Assembly (NCBI GenBank): GCA_900539605.1
Contig: UQCS01000006.1
Coordinates: 4,601-68,600, forward strand
Direction: 5' to 3'
Source of the DNA: an uncultured Azospirillum sp.
Lineage (GTDB): Bacteria; Pseudomonadota; Alphaproteobacteria; RF32; CAG-239
Length of the DNA: 64,000 nucleotides
Under the pieces are notes generated by a model. The model was not told the origin of the DNA. It worked only from the letters and a program-made list of their open reading frames with translations, and did no database searches. Of the stretch, positions 28,318-36,939 are shown piece by piece (position 1 is the first letter of the stretch; every line of letters begins with the position of its first letter). The position numbers were made by a program, and so were the translations under genes.

Positions 28318-29337
28318 ATGGGAAAAAACAAATCTGTTGCCGAAACCGGTTCTCAGCAACCCCAAACAGTTCCAACGACGGCTGTCGCCGGCAAAACGGC
28401 TCATTTTTTTAAAATTGTTTTATGGCTTCTGATTGCAATCGTTTTAGCAGGCGGCGCCGTTTGGCTTTATAACCGTCATTTTAGGCTGCTGCCGCAGATG
28501 AATAATCCGACACACTTTTCATCGAATGCCTCTCTTCCGGCAACTCAAACGGTTTCCGTACCTCAGGCTGTTCCGCATCCGGAAAAAATAACCGAAGTTA
28601 AATATGTTATTCCCGAAAGCATTTCCAACGCAATCAATAAATTGACCGACCAAGTTGCCCGAACCGAAACGCTGAGTGAACAATATATCAATATCAAAGC
28701 CGATTCTTCTGCCGTAATCAGTCTTGGTGAACGGGTTGACAGACTGGAAAAAACACTCCGCCATCTGTCACAACTCTCCAATGACGGCGCCCTGATTTTG
28801 ACAGCTGCCCAAATGATTAAACAAAACGCCGCTGCCGGACAATCCGTAACCATGGAAGCCGAAATTTTGAAACAACTTGCGGCAGGACAGCCGGATATTG
28901 AAAGTGATATCAACTATATTTATAACAACTCTTCCCGTCATTATCCTTCTGACAAAAACCTGATTGCCGAGTTTGACCGCATCAGCCGGCATCTTACTGC
29001 CGAACTGAAGAATGAGGGAACCTGGAAAGAACGCCTGTTGCGCAAAATTAATGAATATATCCACATTTCAGATCCCGATTCCCGACAAGTCCGCACCGAA
29101 ACCGAAGTTCTGCAACAGGTAAAAAATCATGTCGACGAAGATCAGTTTGAAATTGCACTCGAAATTCTTGCCAAACCCGAGAACGAAAAGCTAAAAGATA
29201 ATCCGGCGCTTTTGCAATGGTACAATCTGACCGATTCCAAACTGAAATTTTCGAAGGCACTGTCTCATATCTCGGTTTATGCGCTTGCTTTGATGAAAAC
29301 AGAAAGTCTCAGACATGGCCAATCAGGACAAGATTAA
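28318..29337 (+). CDS. membrane-anchored coiled-coil protein, possible alphaproteobacterial Mic60/mitofilin (COG4223-like) homologue
   Basis: 339 aa. One N-terminal TM (FFKIVLWLLIAIVLAGGAVWLY), long helical middle. The C-terminal ~90 aa fit the pattern I recall for the mitofilin C-domain (...QFEIALEILAKPE...PALLQWYNLTDSKLKFSKALSHIS). Divergent from tsaD. Confidence 0.45.
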   Translation: MGKNKSVAETGSQQPQTVPTTAVAGKTAHFFKIVLWLLIAIVLAGGAVWLYNRHFRLLPQMNNPTHFSSNASLPATQTVSVPQAVPHPEKITEVKYVIPESISNAINKLTDQVARTETLSEQYINIKADSSAVISLGERVDRLEKTLRHLSQLSNDGALILTAAQMIKQNAAAGQSVTMEAEILKQLAAGQPDIESDINYIYNNSSRHYPSDKNLIAEFDRISRHLTAELKNEGTWKERLLRKINEYIHISDPDSRQVRTETEVLQQVKNHVDEDQFEIALEILAKPENEKLKDNPALLQWYNLTDSKLKFSKALSHISVYALALMKTESLRHGQSGQD

Positions 29338-30721
29338 AAAATTTTGGTACGATAAATATGCCGATGCACCGGCCACACTTGCCAAGATGAAAAATATCGG
29401 CACTCTGGCCACCGCATTTAATGCCAACGTCGATTCGATCGTCAAAATGTCGGGCACCGCCCTGACACAAATGATTGCCCGATCGAGCCTCCGCTTAAGC
29501 GATTTGCAAAACATCTCTGTTAAAAGCATTCACGCCCCGGAAGATATTCTACGCGGAATTTTCCGCTGTTTTTGCCTCGGAATCGCTGAAGAATGGATTG
29601 CCGAAGATGTGGAAATTTACCGCTGGATGAAACAAAATCTCGGAACTGACAAATTGCAAATGGGCGCTCAGGCGGGAATTATTGCCAACACTATGGCCGT
29701 CACCGGCATCCGGCAGGTGGTCACCCATGTCAGCGCCCTGCCCGCTTTGCAGGCCGATCAGTTTCTGAAACGCAACAACTTGCTCTCTTTTGACGAACGG
29801 GGGCAATTAAAACCAGCTCATACGATTAACCGCCCCAACGAAGAAGCTTCAATTCACTGGATTATTGAATTTTCCAAAAACGATACCATTACCGTCGAAG
29901 GACAAACTTTTACCTGCCCAAAATCCAACCGTTTCATCGCAACTTACGATCCGATGCTGTTCAATCTGGTAATAGATCCCCATTTTACCGCCTATACCGA
30001 CAAAAATCCGGCCGACTATATTATTCTTTCCGGCTACCAGGCCCTGACTAAACAAAACCACGGCTTGTCCTTACTGAAAAAAACGATTCCGATCATCAGA
30101 CAATGGAAACAAAACAATCCGCAAACGCTTATTCACCTGGAAATTGCCTCAACACAGGATCTTTCGGTGCGCCGTGCCCTTATCCGCCATATTATGCCGA
30201 TTGTCGATTCCGTCGGCATCAACGAACGCGAAACCATCGATTTGTTGGAAGCAATGAAATGCACACGTCTGGCCTCGGATTGTACAAAAAATCCCTCGGC
30301 AAAGAATTTGTTCCGCGCTTTGGTCAAAATTAAGCAAAAAACCGCATGTCCGCGCATCCAGCTTCACATGTACGGTCTTTATATTACCCTGCAAAACCTC
30401 AATTTTCCGATATCGCCTTCGGCAAACCGCAACGGCATGATTCTTGCAGCGGTTGCGGCAGCTTCCAAAGCCGAGACCGGGCGGCTGTCCGAATACGAAG
30501 ATCTGACTGCCGCTCTCGGTCAAACGGTTTGCAACGAAGGGCTTAAAGGTTTGGAAGAAATTGGATCATTAGTCGGCGATCCCGGGTTTGCGGTTTCCGG
30601 CATTGGAAATTTTGAGGAATTTTCGGTTATTGCGGTGCCGACAATCATTGTCGAACAACCCAAAACACTTGTCGGCATGGGAGATACAATCTCAGCCTTT
30701 TCATTGATCGGTGCCCGCTGA
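29315..30721 (+). CDS. ADP-dependent sugar kinase (ADP-dependent glucokinase/phosphofructokinase family, ribokinase-like fold)
   Basis: 468 aa. Family-typical blocks: AFNANVDSI near the N-terminus, IHLEIAS, DSVGINERE, RIQLHMYG, and C-terminal TLVGMGDTISAFSL (the GxGD anion-hole/catalytic Asp motif). Overlaps the upstream gene by 23 nt. Confidence 0.75.
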   Translation: MANQDKIKKFWYDKYADAPATLAKMKNIGTLATAFNANVDSIVKMSGTALTQMIARSSLRLSDLQNISVKSIHAPEDILRGIFRCFCLGIAEEWIAEDVEIYRWMKQNLGTDKLQMGAQAGIIANTMAVTGIRQVVTHVSALPALQADQFLKRNNLLSFDERGQLKPAHTINRPNEEASIHWIIEFSKNDTITVEGQTFTCPKSNRFIATYDPMLFNLVIDPHFTAYTDKNPADYIILSGYQALTKQNHGLSLLKKTIPIIRQWKQNNPQTLIHLEIASTQDLSVRRALIRHIMPIVDSVGINERETIDLLEAMKCTRLASDCTKNPSAKNLFRALVKIKQKTACPRIQLHMYGLYITLQNLNFPISPSANRNGMILAAVAAASKAETGRLSEYEDLTAALGQTVCNEGLKGLEEIGSLVGDPGFAVSGIGNFEEFSVIAVPTIIVEQPKTLVGMGDTISAFSLIGAR

Positions 30722-30725
30722 CGTT

Positions 30726-31457
30726 TTATTTTGCCGTTGTTTCATTTTCTGGTTCTGCCAGCCACAAAGCATTTTTTAGCCGGCTTTTCAGAAATTCGAT
30801 GTGTTCGGCTTCTTCCGCTTTGCTGACGGCAAAAACCCGTAAAGGCCGCACCTTGCGTTCAGCGGCAAACACAACTCCGTTTTCCGTCGTTGTTTTGATA
30901 TTGTCTTCGGGTGCCAACAGCATGCTTGGTTCGGCGCCGCCCAACAACTCCAGATAAACATCGGCCAGCAACTCGGCATCCAGCAATGCGCCGTGCTTGG
31001 TCCGTCGGCTGTTATCAACATTAAAACGTTTACATAAGGCATCAAGGTTGTTTTTGGCACCGGGAAACTTTTTACGCGCAATTTCCAGCGTATCTACTAC
31101 CCGGTTCCATTCATATTCGGCATACCCGATCTTCTTCAACTCAAAATTAATAAACTTAATATCAAAAGAAGCGTTATGCGCCACCAAAATACCATCTTCG
31201 CCGACAAATTCCACAAAAGCGGCCGCCACTTCCGAAAAAACCGGATAATCTTTCAAAAATTCTTCTGTCAGCCCGTGTACCGCCACCACTTCTTCGGGAA
31301 CACTGCGTTCGGGGTTAATATATTGATGGTAGGTACGCCCGGTCGGAATATGGTTAACCAACTCTATAGCACCGATTTCCACCAAACGGTCCCCGCCGTC
31401 GGGGGACAAGCCGGTGGTTTCGGTATCAAATACAATCTCGCGCAAAGCCGTTTTCAT
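30726..31457 (-). CDS. dnaQ: DNA polymerase III epsilon subunit (3'-5' exonuclease)
   Basis: 243 aa. Exo motifs I-III (VFDTETTGL, LVAHNASFD, HGALLDAELLADVY). Confidence 0.9.
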   Translation of the reverse strand: MKTALREIVFDTETTGLSPDGGDRLVEIGAIELVNHIPTGRTYHQYINPERSVPEEVVAVHGLTEEFLKDYPVFSEVAAAFVEFVGEDGILVAHNASFDIKFINFELKKIGYAEYEWNRVVDTLEIARKKFPGAKNNLDALCKRFNVDNSRRTKHGALLDAELLADVYLELLGGAEPSMLLAPEDNIKTTTENGVVFAAERKVRPLRVFAVSKAEEAEHIEFLKSRLKNALWLAEPENETTAK

Positions 31458-32041
31458 AATTCTTTCTCCAACCCATCAAGCATTGCCAGAATCTCAAGCT
31501 TCAGCAAATTCTTCGGTTTATCAGTATTGATCACCAAATCCGCCAAAAGCTTTTTGTCCCGATTGCTCATCTGCACATTGTTAATCTTGTCAAAATCGTC
31601 GCCGCCGACATTGTCCCTTTCCATCACCCGCCGTTTTTGAACATCATACGGAACGTCGGCCACAATAACCCGGTCACAGTATTTTTGCCAACCCATTTCA
31701 AACAAAAGTGCAATATCAAGAAAAAACAAATCGCGGCAACCGCTGTTTTTGTTAACCATACGTTTAAGGTAACGGCACAAAAAAGGATGAGTCATGCTTT
31801 CCAATATCTTTAACTGCTGACGATCGTTAAAAACGATATTGCGCAGTTTTCTTTTATCCACCGTCCAGCCGTCGACGGTTCCGGGGAAAGTATTACCGAT
31901 GCTCTTGATAAAATCCTTATTAAAATATAACCGCCTGACCCATGAATCGACGTCAAACACGACATATCCCTGCCGGCGTATCATCCCGGCAAGGGTGGTT
32001 TTTCCGCATCCGATCGAACCGGTAATTGCAATCAGTTTCAT
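31454..32041 (-). CDS. coaE: dephospho-CoA kinase
   Basis: 195 aa from MKLIAITGSIGCGKTT (ATG 32041). P-loop within the first 12 residues. ATGA overlap with dnaQ. The listed 32086 start adds a non-family N-terminal extension. Confidence 0.85.
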   Translation of the reverse strand: MKLIAITGSIGCGKTTLAGMIRRQGYVVFDVDSWVRRLYFNKDFIKSIGNTFPGTVDGWTVDKRKLRNIVFNDRQQLKILESMTHPFLCRYLKRMVNKNSGCRDLFFLDIALLFEMGWQKYCDRVIVADVPYDVQKRRVMERDNVGGDDFDKINNVQMSNRDKKLLADLVINTDKPKNLLKLEILAMLDGLEKEL

Positions 32042-32263
32042 TTTATTAACCCAAGTTATTAACAAGGCCTGTGCATAAAAAAGCATTTACGCCTATTTAT
32101 ACAAATTTATCAACGGAATTAAAATTCAATAAAGCAAGATACACACAGGTTGATAACTTTTATCAACCCGATTGTCATATAAGGATAAGCTGTTTTATTA
32201 ACAAATGGTAAATTTTTGTGTTTACAAACCAGACTCGCGACAAAGACTTCGTTTTTTTAAAAG

Positions 32264-32279
32264 TTAATTTTCTCTTAAC
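32264..32279. promoter_or_regulatory. TTAA-N7-TTAAC (exact match to the CtrA box consensus)
   Basis: TTAATTTTCTCTTAAC read directly. A second TTAA-N7-TTAA lies at 32287-32301. Confidence 0.35.
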
Positions 32280-32303
32280 AAATTTATTAACAAAGATTTA
32301 AAA

Positions 32304-32312
32304 TCTGGATAA
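32304..32312 (-). promoter_or_regulatory. DnaA-box-like nonamer TTATCCAGA (8/9 to TTATCCACA)
   Basis: The plus strand reads TCTGGATAA. It lies within the AT-rich coaE-rho spacer among reiterated TTATYAAC motifs. Confidence 0.35.
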
Positions 32313-32427
32313 ATTTGTTAACAAAATTTAATCCCCATCCTGACGGTAGATATATAATCTACAAAAACATTTTAAAAATTATATGATTGGGCTTCGCAGG
32401 TGTTGAAAACTTTTTCCCAACAATTAT

Positions 32428-32456
32428 TTGACAAGTGTCGGAGAATGAATTATAAA
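32428..32456 (+). promoter_or_regulatory. sigma-70-type promoter of rho
   Basis: TTGACA-N17-TATAAA. Predicts an ~80-nt leader before the rho ATG at 32546. Confidence 0.55.
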
Positions 32457-32545
32457 AACGATGTTATCCGATGCGGTACCAAAAACCGCTTTTCGACATT
32501 TCTTATGCAAAAACATCTCAACATTCAACCAACCACGGATTTTTC

Positions 32546-33799
32546 ATGCACTTAAATGAGTTAAAACAAAAGTCTCCCAAAGAGCTTTTAACCGAAGCCG
32601 AAGCCCTCGGAATTGAAGATGCTTCCTCTATGCGCAAACAGGATTTGATGTTTGCCATCCTTAAAAAAGTTGCCTCCGACGACAACGTCATTTACGGCGA
32701 AGGAACTATCGAAGTTTTACAGGACGGTTTTGGTTTTTTGCGTTCTGCTCAGTCAAATTATCTTGCCGGACCGGACGACATTTATGTTTCGCCGGCTCAG
32801 GTCAAAAAATTCGGCTTGCGTACCGGTGATACGATCGAAGGCGAAATACGCGCTCCGAAAGACAATGAACGTTATTTTGCTCTGACAAAAATTAACCGGA
32901 TTAATTTTGATGATCCGGAAAAATCAAAACTGCGAATTAATTTTGACAACCTGACACCGCTTTATCCGACCCAAAAACTTGATTTTGATGTCATTTGCGG
33001 TGATAAGGACTATACGACCCGGATCATTGATCTGGTTTCGCCGCAGGGCAAAGGACAGCGCGGTCTGATTGTTGCACCGCCGCGTACCGGCAAAACGGTT
33101 ATGCTGCAAAATATTGCCCATGCGATTTCGACCAACCATCCCGAAGTCTATCTGATGGTGCTTTTGATTGATGAACGTCCCGAAGAAGTAACCGATATGA
33201 CGCGCTCGGTTAAAGGCGAAGTGATTTCATCAACGTTTGACGAGCCGGCGACCCGTCATGTTCAGGTTGCTGAAATGGTTATTGAAAAGGCCAAGCGTCT
33301 GGTCGAAAATAAAAAGGATGTTGTTATTCTGTTGGATTCGATTACGCGTCTGGGGCGCGCCTACAACACAGTTGTGCCTTCCTCGGGCAAGGTACTTACC
33401 GGCGGTGTCGATGCCAACGCGCTGCAGCGTCCCAAGCGGCTTCTCGGTGCAGCCCGCAATGTTGAAGAGGGCGGCTCGCTGACAATTATTGCAACGGCTC
33501 TGATTGATACCGGTTCCCGGATGGATGAAGTTATTTTCGAGGAATTTAAAGGAACCGGCAACTCTGAAATTATTCTTGATCGCAAACTAACCGACAAACG
33601 CCTGTTCCCGACCATTGATATTACCCGTTCGGGAACCCGTAAGGAAGAATTGCTGGTTGACAAAGCCACTTTGACCAAGATGTGGGTATTGCGCCGGGTT
33701 CTGATGCAAATGGGCATGACGGACGGGATGGAATTTCTGCTTGATAAACTCAAACAAAGTAAAGACAATAAAGATTTCTTTACCAACATGAATTCCTAG
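32546..33799 (+). CDS. rho: transcription termination factor Rho
   Basis: 417 aa from [15 protein letters not shown] (N-terminal Rho_N helix bundle). RNA-binding OB fold (GFGFLR), Walker A (PPRTGKT), Q and R loops. The listed 32471 start adds 25 non-family residues. Confidence 0.95.
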   Translation: MHLNELKQKSPKELLTEAEALGIEDASSMRKQDLMFAILKKVASDDNVIYGEGTIEVLQDGFGFLRSAQSNYLAGPDDIYVSPAQVKKFGLRTGDTIEGEIRAPKDNERYFALTKINRINFDDPEKSKLRINFDNLTPLYPTQKLDFDVICGDKDYTTRIIDLVSPQGKGQRGLIVAPPRTGKTVMLQNIAHAISTNHPEVYLMVLLIDERPEEVTDMTRSVKGEVISSTFDEPATRHVQVAEMVIEKAKRLVENKKDVVILLDSITRLGRAYNTVVPSSGKVLTGGVDANALQRPKRLLGAARNVEEGGSLTIIATALIDTGSRMDEVIFEEFKGTGNSEIILDRKLTDKRLFPTIDITRSGTRKEELLVDKATLTKMWVLRRVLMQMGMTDGMEFLLDKLKQSKDNKDFFTNMNS

Positions 33800-33858
33800 T
33801 CAAAAGAATATCGGCCAAGCCCATCAAAAACTTATACTGTCTTTGATGGGCTAACCAT

Positions 33859-33895
33859 AAAAAAATCCTCTTTATTCCTTAGGAATAAAGAGGAT
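33859..33895 (-). terminator. rho-independent terminator of the 33915-34682 gene
   Basis: Perfect 14-bp stem ATCCTCTTTATTCC/GGAATAAAGAGGAT, 3-nt loop. Followed by T7 on the minus strand. Confidence 0.75.
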
Positions 33896-33914
33896 TACTT
33901 AATCGGACAAACTT

Positions 33915-34682
33915 TTAACGGTTTTTAATTTCCAGACGCTTCACTTCCAAGAGGCCGTTATAAGAACAATACGACGTCAAAATCCTTACTTTCGTGTTGG
34001 GATTTATGTCCCTGATTTCTGGATGAGCATAAGGTGAAACCGAAAACGTCCCTTTTTCGCAATCAATAATATAAATTGTATTGCCGTGTCGGAGTTCTTT
34101 TTCCCATTTTATAACCGAAATATATGGTTGCTGAGCGAACTGGGCATCGATTCTTTGCTCATTTTCACAAATGCCCCATATCGAAAGAATCAGGCCGTAT
34201 ATAATAAAACTCATCATAGAGCCGTTATATCGGGTCTTTTTAGAATCGCGGCCAAAATCTCCGAAAGACCAACCTTCTTTCTGGTCATTCAGTTTCAGGT
34301 GGTAAGAGATCATCGGGATATAAGAATACAGAACGATGCAGAGAATTAACGAAACAAGTATTCCCGGTACGCGCATTGTAATTTCTTTTTCAAGCGTTAA
34401 CAATGTCGGCGGCAGGTAAAAAACAGCAAACATGATTGCTGCCCATCCCAGTCGAACCATTTTGGATTCTATTTCGATATTTGCATATCCCAATCGAAAG
34501 TAGACAATGGCTGCGGTAATTATTCCGACAAAAAACAATGCGGAATGAAAACCGAAGAAAAGCACGCTTGCTGCAATTATGATGCCGATGCCGGCAAATA
34601 TTTGCTGACGTTTTTGCTCTTGTTGCAGAAGAGTCCTGATAAAATCCTTAAATGGATTTGTTGTTTGTTTTTTGGTTGTCAT
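33915..34682 (-). CDS. hypothetical membrane protein (orphan)
   Basis: 255 aa. 5 hydrophobic segments followed by a ~70-aa soluble C-terminal domain. Very AT-rich codon usage. No motif recognised. Confidence 0.55.
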   Translation of the reverse strand: MTTKKQTTNPFKDFIRTLLQQEQKRQQIFAGIGIIIAASVLFFGFHSALFFVGIITAAIVYFRLGYANIEIESKMVRLGWAAIMFAVFYLPPTLLTLEKEITMRVPGILVSLILCIVLYSYIPMISYHLKLNDQKEGWSFGDFGRDSKKTRYNGSMMSFIIYGLILSIWGICENEQRIDAQFAQQPYISVIKWEKELRHGNTIYIIDCEKGTFSVSPYAHPEIRDINPNTKVRILTSYCSYNGLLEVKRLEIKNR

Positions 34683-34727
34683 AGCTTAATAGTATTTAAA
34701 TTAATAATTATTTACTTAGACAAAAAA

Positions 34728-35408
34728 CTACTTCTTTTGCGCCTGAAAGTCAATCAGAAACTGTTTGATTTCGTCCATATGATAAAAAATATGTTTGATT
34801 CCGAGTGTTTTGACTTTGTTCAAATATGATTGTCCGTGATTCATCTCGCAGCCTAAAAAAGCAATTACGTTCATCCCTGCTCTTAAACCGGCAGTCATCC
34901 CGGCCAGAGAATCTTCAATTACCATACAATTTTGAGGCTGATATCCCATTTTTCCGGCGGCCAACAAAAATAAGTCAGGTTCCGGCTTGCCGTGTTCGAC
35001 CATGTCGGCAGTGAATATATGTTCTGGCAAAAAATATTTTACGATTCCCACCGCTTCGATCTTGATGAGTGTTTTATCCATGGTTCCGCCGGTGGCAATA
35101 CACTGATCAAAAGATTTCATTTTAAAAATTTCTTCGATCCCCGGCGTCGGTTCAATTCCCCGCCTCATAACTTCAAAATCCATTTTCAGCGCTTCGGTCA
35201 TAAAATTGTCGTCAATAGCCAATCCCATCTGCTGCAGAACTTCTTTTTTGGTTTTTTCGCTCATGCCACCGAGATGATGATTAACGGTTGCAAAATCCCA
35301 GTTAAGGTTAAATTTTTGATTGAGCAATTGCCTGCGGTTTTCCAACCACAATTTTTCGGTATCGGAAATAACGCCGTCAAAATCCCAAATAATCAGTGTT
35401 TTGTGCAT
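34728..35408 (-). CDS. HAD-superfamily hydrolase, subfamily IA (beta-phosphoglucomutase/phosphatase-like)
   Basis: 226 aa. HAD motif I DFDGVISDT, motif II ATGGT, motif III K-PEPD, motif IV EDSLAGMTAG. Confidence 0.8.
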   Translation of the reverse strand: MHKTLIIWDFDGVISDTEKLWLENRRQLLNQKFNLNWDFATVNHHLGGMSEKTKKEVLQQMGLAIDDNFMTEALKMDFEVMRRGIEPTPGIEEIFKMKSFDQCIATGGTMDKTLIKIEAVGIVKYFLPEHIFTADMVEHGKPEPDLFLLAAGKMGYQPQNCMVIEDSLAGMTAGLRAGMNVIAFLGCEMNHGQSYLNKVKTLGIKHIFYHMDEIKQFLIDFQAQKK

Positions 35409-35539
35409 TGTAAAAATTCCTGTAAAAAAACGAGTCCGTCTAAAGCGCGTATAAAGCGATTTTCATCACTTTATGATATAAGTATTAAGATTGTATAAAT
35501 CTGTTTTCTATGCGCAAAAAAAACGGCTTTTTTTAAAAC

Positions 35540-35568
35540 TTGCAAGATTAATCGTTTGCTTTTATACC
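35540..35568 (+). promoter_or_regulatory. possible sigma-70 promoter of mnmE
   Basis: TTGCAA-N17-TATACC, 22 nt upstream of the mnmE ATG (AGGAG SD in between). Confidence 0.3.
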
Positions 35569-35590
35569 ATGAAGATAAAAAGGAGCTGTT

Positions 35591-36931
35591 ATGAACAACG
35601 ATACCATTTATGCTTTGTCAACGGTAGCCGGAAAATCCGGTGTAGCCGTGTTTCGCATTTCCGGCCCCGATGCCTTGCAGGCCGTGAGCCGTTTAACCGC
35701 GCTCGATACGGGACGTCTTCAGCCTCGTTATGCTTATTTTGCCGCTCTGCACGATTTGGAAGGACGTCAGGCCGATAAAGGGCTGATCCTTTATTTTAAA
35801 GCACCGGCATCATTTACCGGTGAAGATATCGTCGAGATTCATTCCCATGGCTCAAAAGCTGTTATCGCCTGCTTGTTGGAAAATTTGGGAAATATAAAAG
35901 GCTTCCGTCTGGCTGAACCGGGAGAGTTCTCCAAACGCGCTTTTTACAATGGCAAAATGGATTTGACCGAGGCCGAAGGACTGGCCGACTTGATTGATTC
36001 CGAAACCCGTGAACAGCAAAAATATGCACTGCGCCAAATGAACGGTGACTTAAAAAATCTTTATGACGGCTGGCGGGAAAAGTTGGTGGAAATTCTGGCA
36101 TACCTTGAAGCTTATATTGATTTTCCTGATGAAGAACTTCCCGATGATTTGGTTTCGCGCTTGGAAAACACTGTATTTAAAGTGGCGGATGAGATTGACA
36201 GCCATCTTCGGCAAAGTTCTTGCGGCGAACGGCTGCGCGAAGGATTCCGGGTTGTGATCCTGGGAGAGCCTAATGCCGGAAAGTCCAGTCTTCTTAATGC
36301 ACTCGCCAAACGTGAAGCAGTTATTGTTTCCGACATTGCCGGTACAACCCGGGACGCGGTCGATGTTTATATGGATATCGACGGTTATCCGGTTATTTTT
36401 ACCGACACGGCCGGTTTGCGCGAAACCGAAGAACAAATTGAACGCCGCGGTATTGAAATTGCATTTGATAAAGCAAAAAATGCCGATTTAGTAATTGCTT
36501 TGCTGAATGGTGAAAATGTTAATCTATTACCTTTTGTAAGTATAGAAAAAGAATATAAAAACAATATGTTATATGTTGTTAATAAAACTGATAAATTAAA
36601 TAAAGAACAGTGTTCCATTTTGAGTGGTGAGACTTATACGCTTATTTCTGCCAAATATCAGCAGGGAATAGATGCCCTGCTGCAAAAAATCAGTGCGCGT
36701 ATTGCCGGAGAATTTACTGCTTCTTCGGGGGCTTTAATTACGCGCCGGCGTTATCGTGAAGTTTTGAACAATGTATTTAAAGACCTGCAACGCTTTAATT
36801 TGCATAAGTCGATTGAATTGGCTGCCGAAGATATCCGTCTGGCGGCGCGAAATATCGGCAAAATTACCGGACGCATCGAAGTGGACGAGATCTTAGACAA
36901 GATATTCGGCAGCTTTTGCATCGGCAAATAA
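35591..36931 (+). CDS. mnmE: tRNA modification GTPase MnmE (TrmE)
   Basis: 446 aa. N-terminal THF-binding domain, G domain (GEPNAGKSSLLN, DTAG, NKTD), C-terminal FCIGK motif. Confidence 0.95.
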   Translation: MNNDTIYALSTVAGKSGVAVFRISGPDALQAVSRLTALDTGRLQPRYAYFAALHDLEGRQADKGLILYFKAPASFTGEDIVEIHSHGSKAVIACLLENLGNIKGFRLAEPGEFSKRAFYNGKMDLTEAEGLADLIDSETREQQKYALRQMNGDLKNLYDGWREKLVEILAYLEAYIDFPDEELPDDLVSRLENTVFKVADEIDSHLRQSSCGERLREGFRVVILGEPNAGKSSLLNALAKREAVIVSDIAGTTRDAVDVYMDIDGYPVIFTDTAGLRETEEQIERRGIEIAFDKAKNADLVIALLNGENVNLLPFVSIEKEYKNNMLYVVNKTDKLNKEQCSILSGETYTLISAKYQQGIDALLQKISARIAGEFTASSGALITRRRYREVLNNVFKDLQRFNLHKSIELAAEDIRLAARNIGKITGRIEVDEILDKIFGSFCIGK

Positions 36932-36939
36932 TGTATCTG

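Noticed and set aside
32046-32291. Additional TTAA pairs (32046/32059 with N9 spacing, 32275/32287 with N8 spacing) as CtrA boxes
   Set aside because: Their spacing differs from the N7 of the CtrA consensus, and TTAA is frequent in AT-rich DNA. Only the two N7-spaced pairs were kept, and those at low confidence.
33818-33852. 11-bp perfect hairpin AGCCCATCAAA-N13-TTTGATGGGCT right after rho, considered as the rho terminator
   Set aside because: No T-run follows it on either strand. It may still pause or stabilise transcripts, but it does not meet intrinsic-terminator criteria. The adjacent 33859-33895 hairpin has its T-run only on the minus strand.
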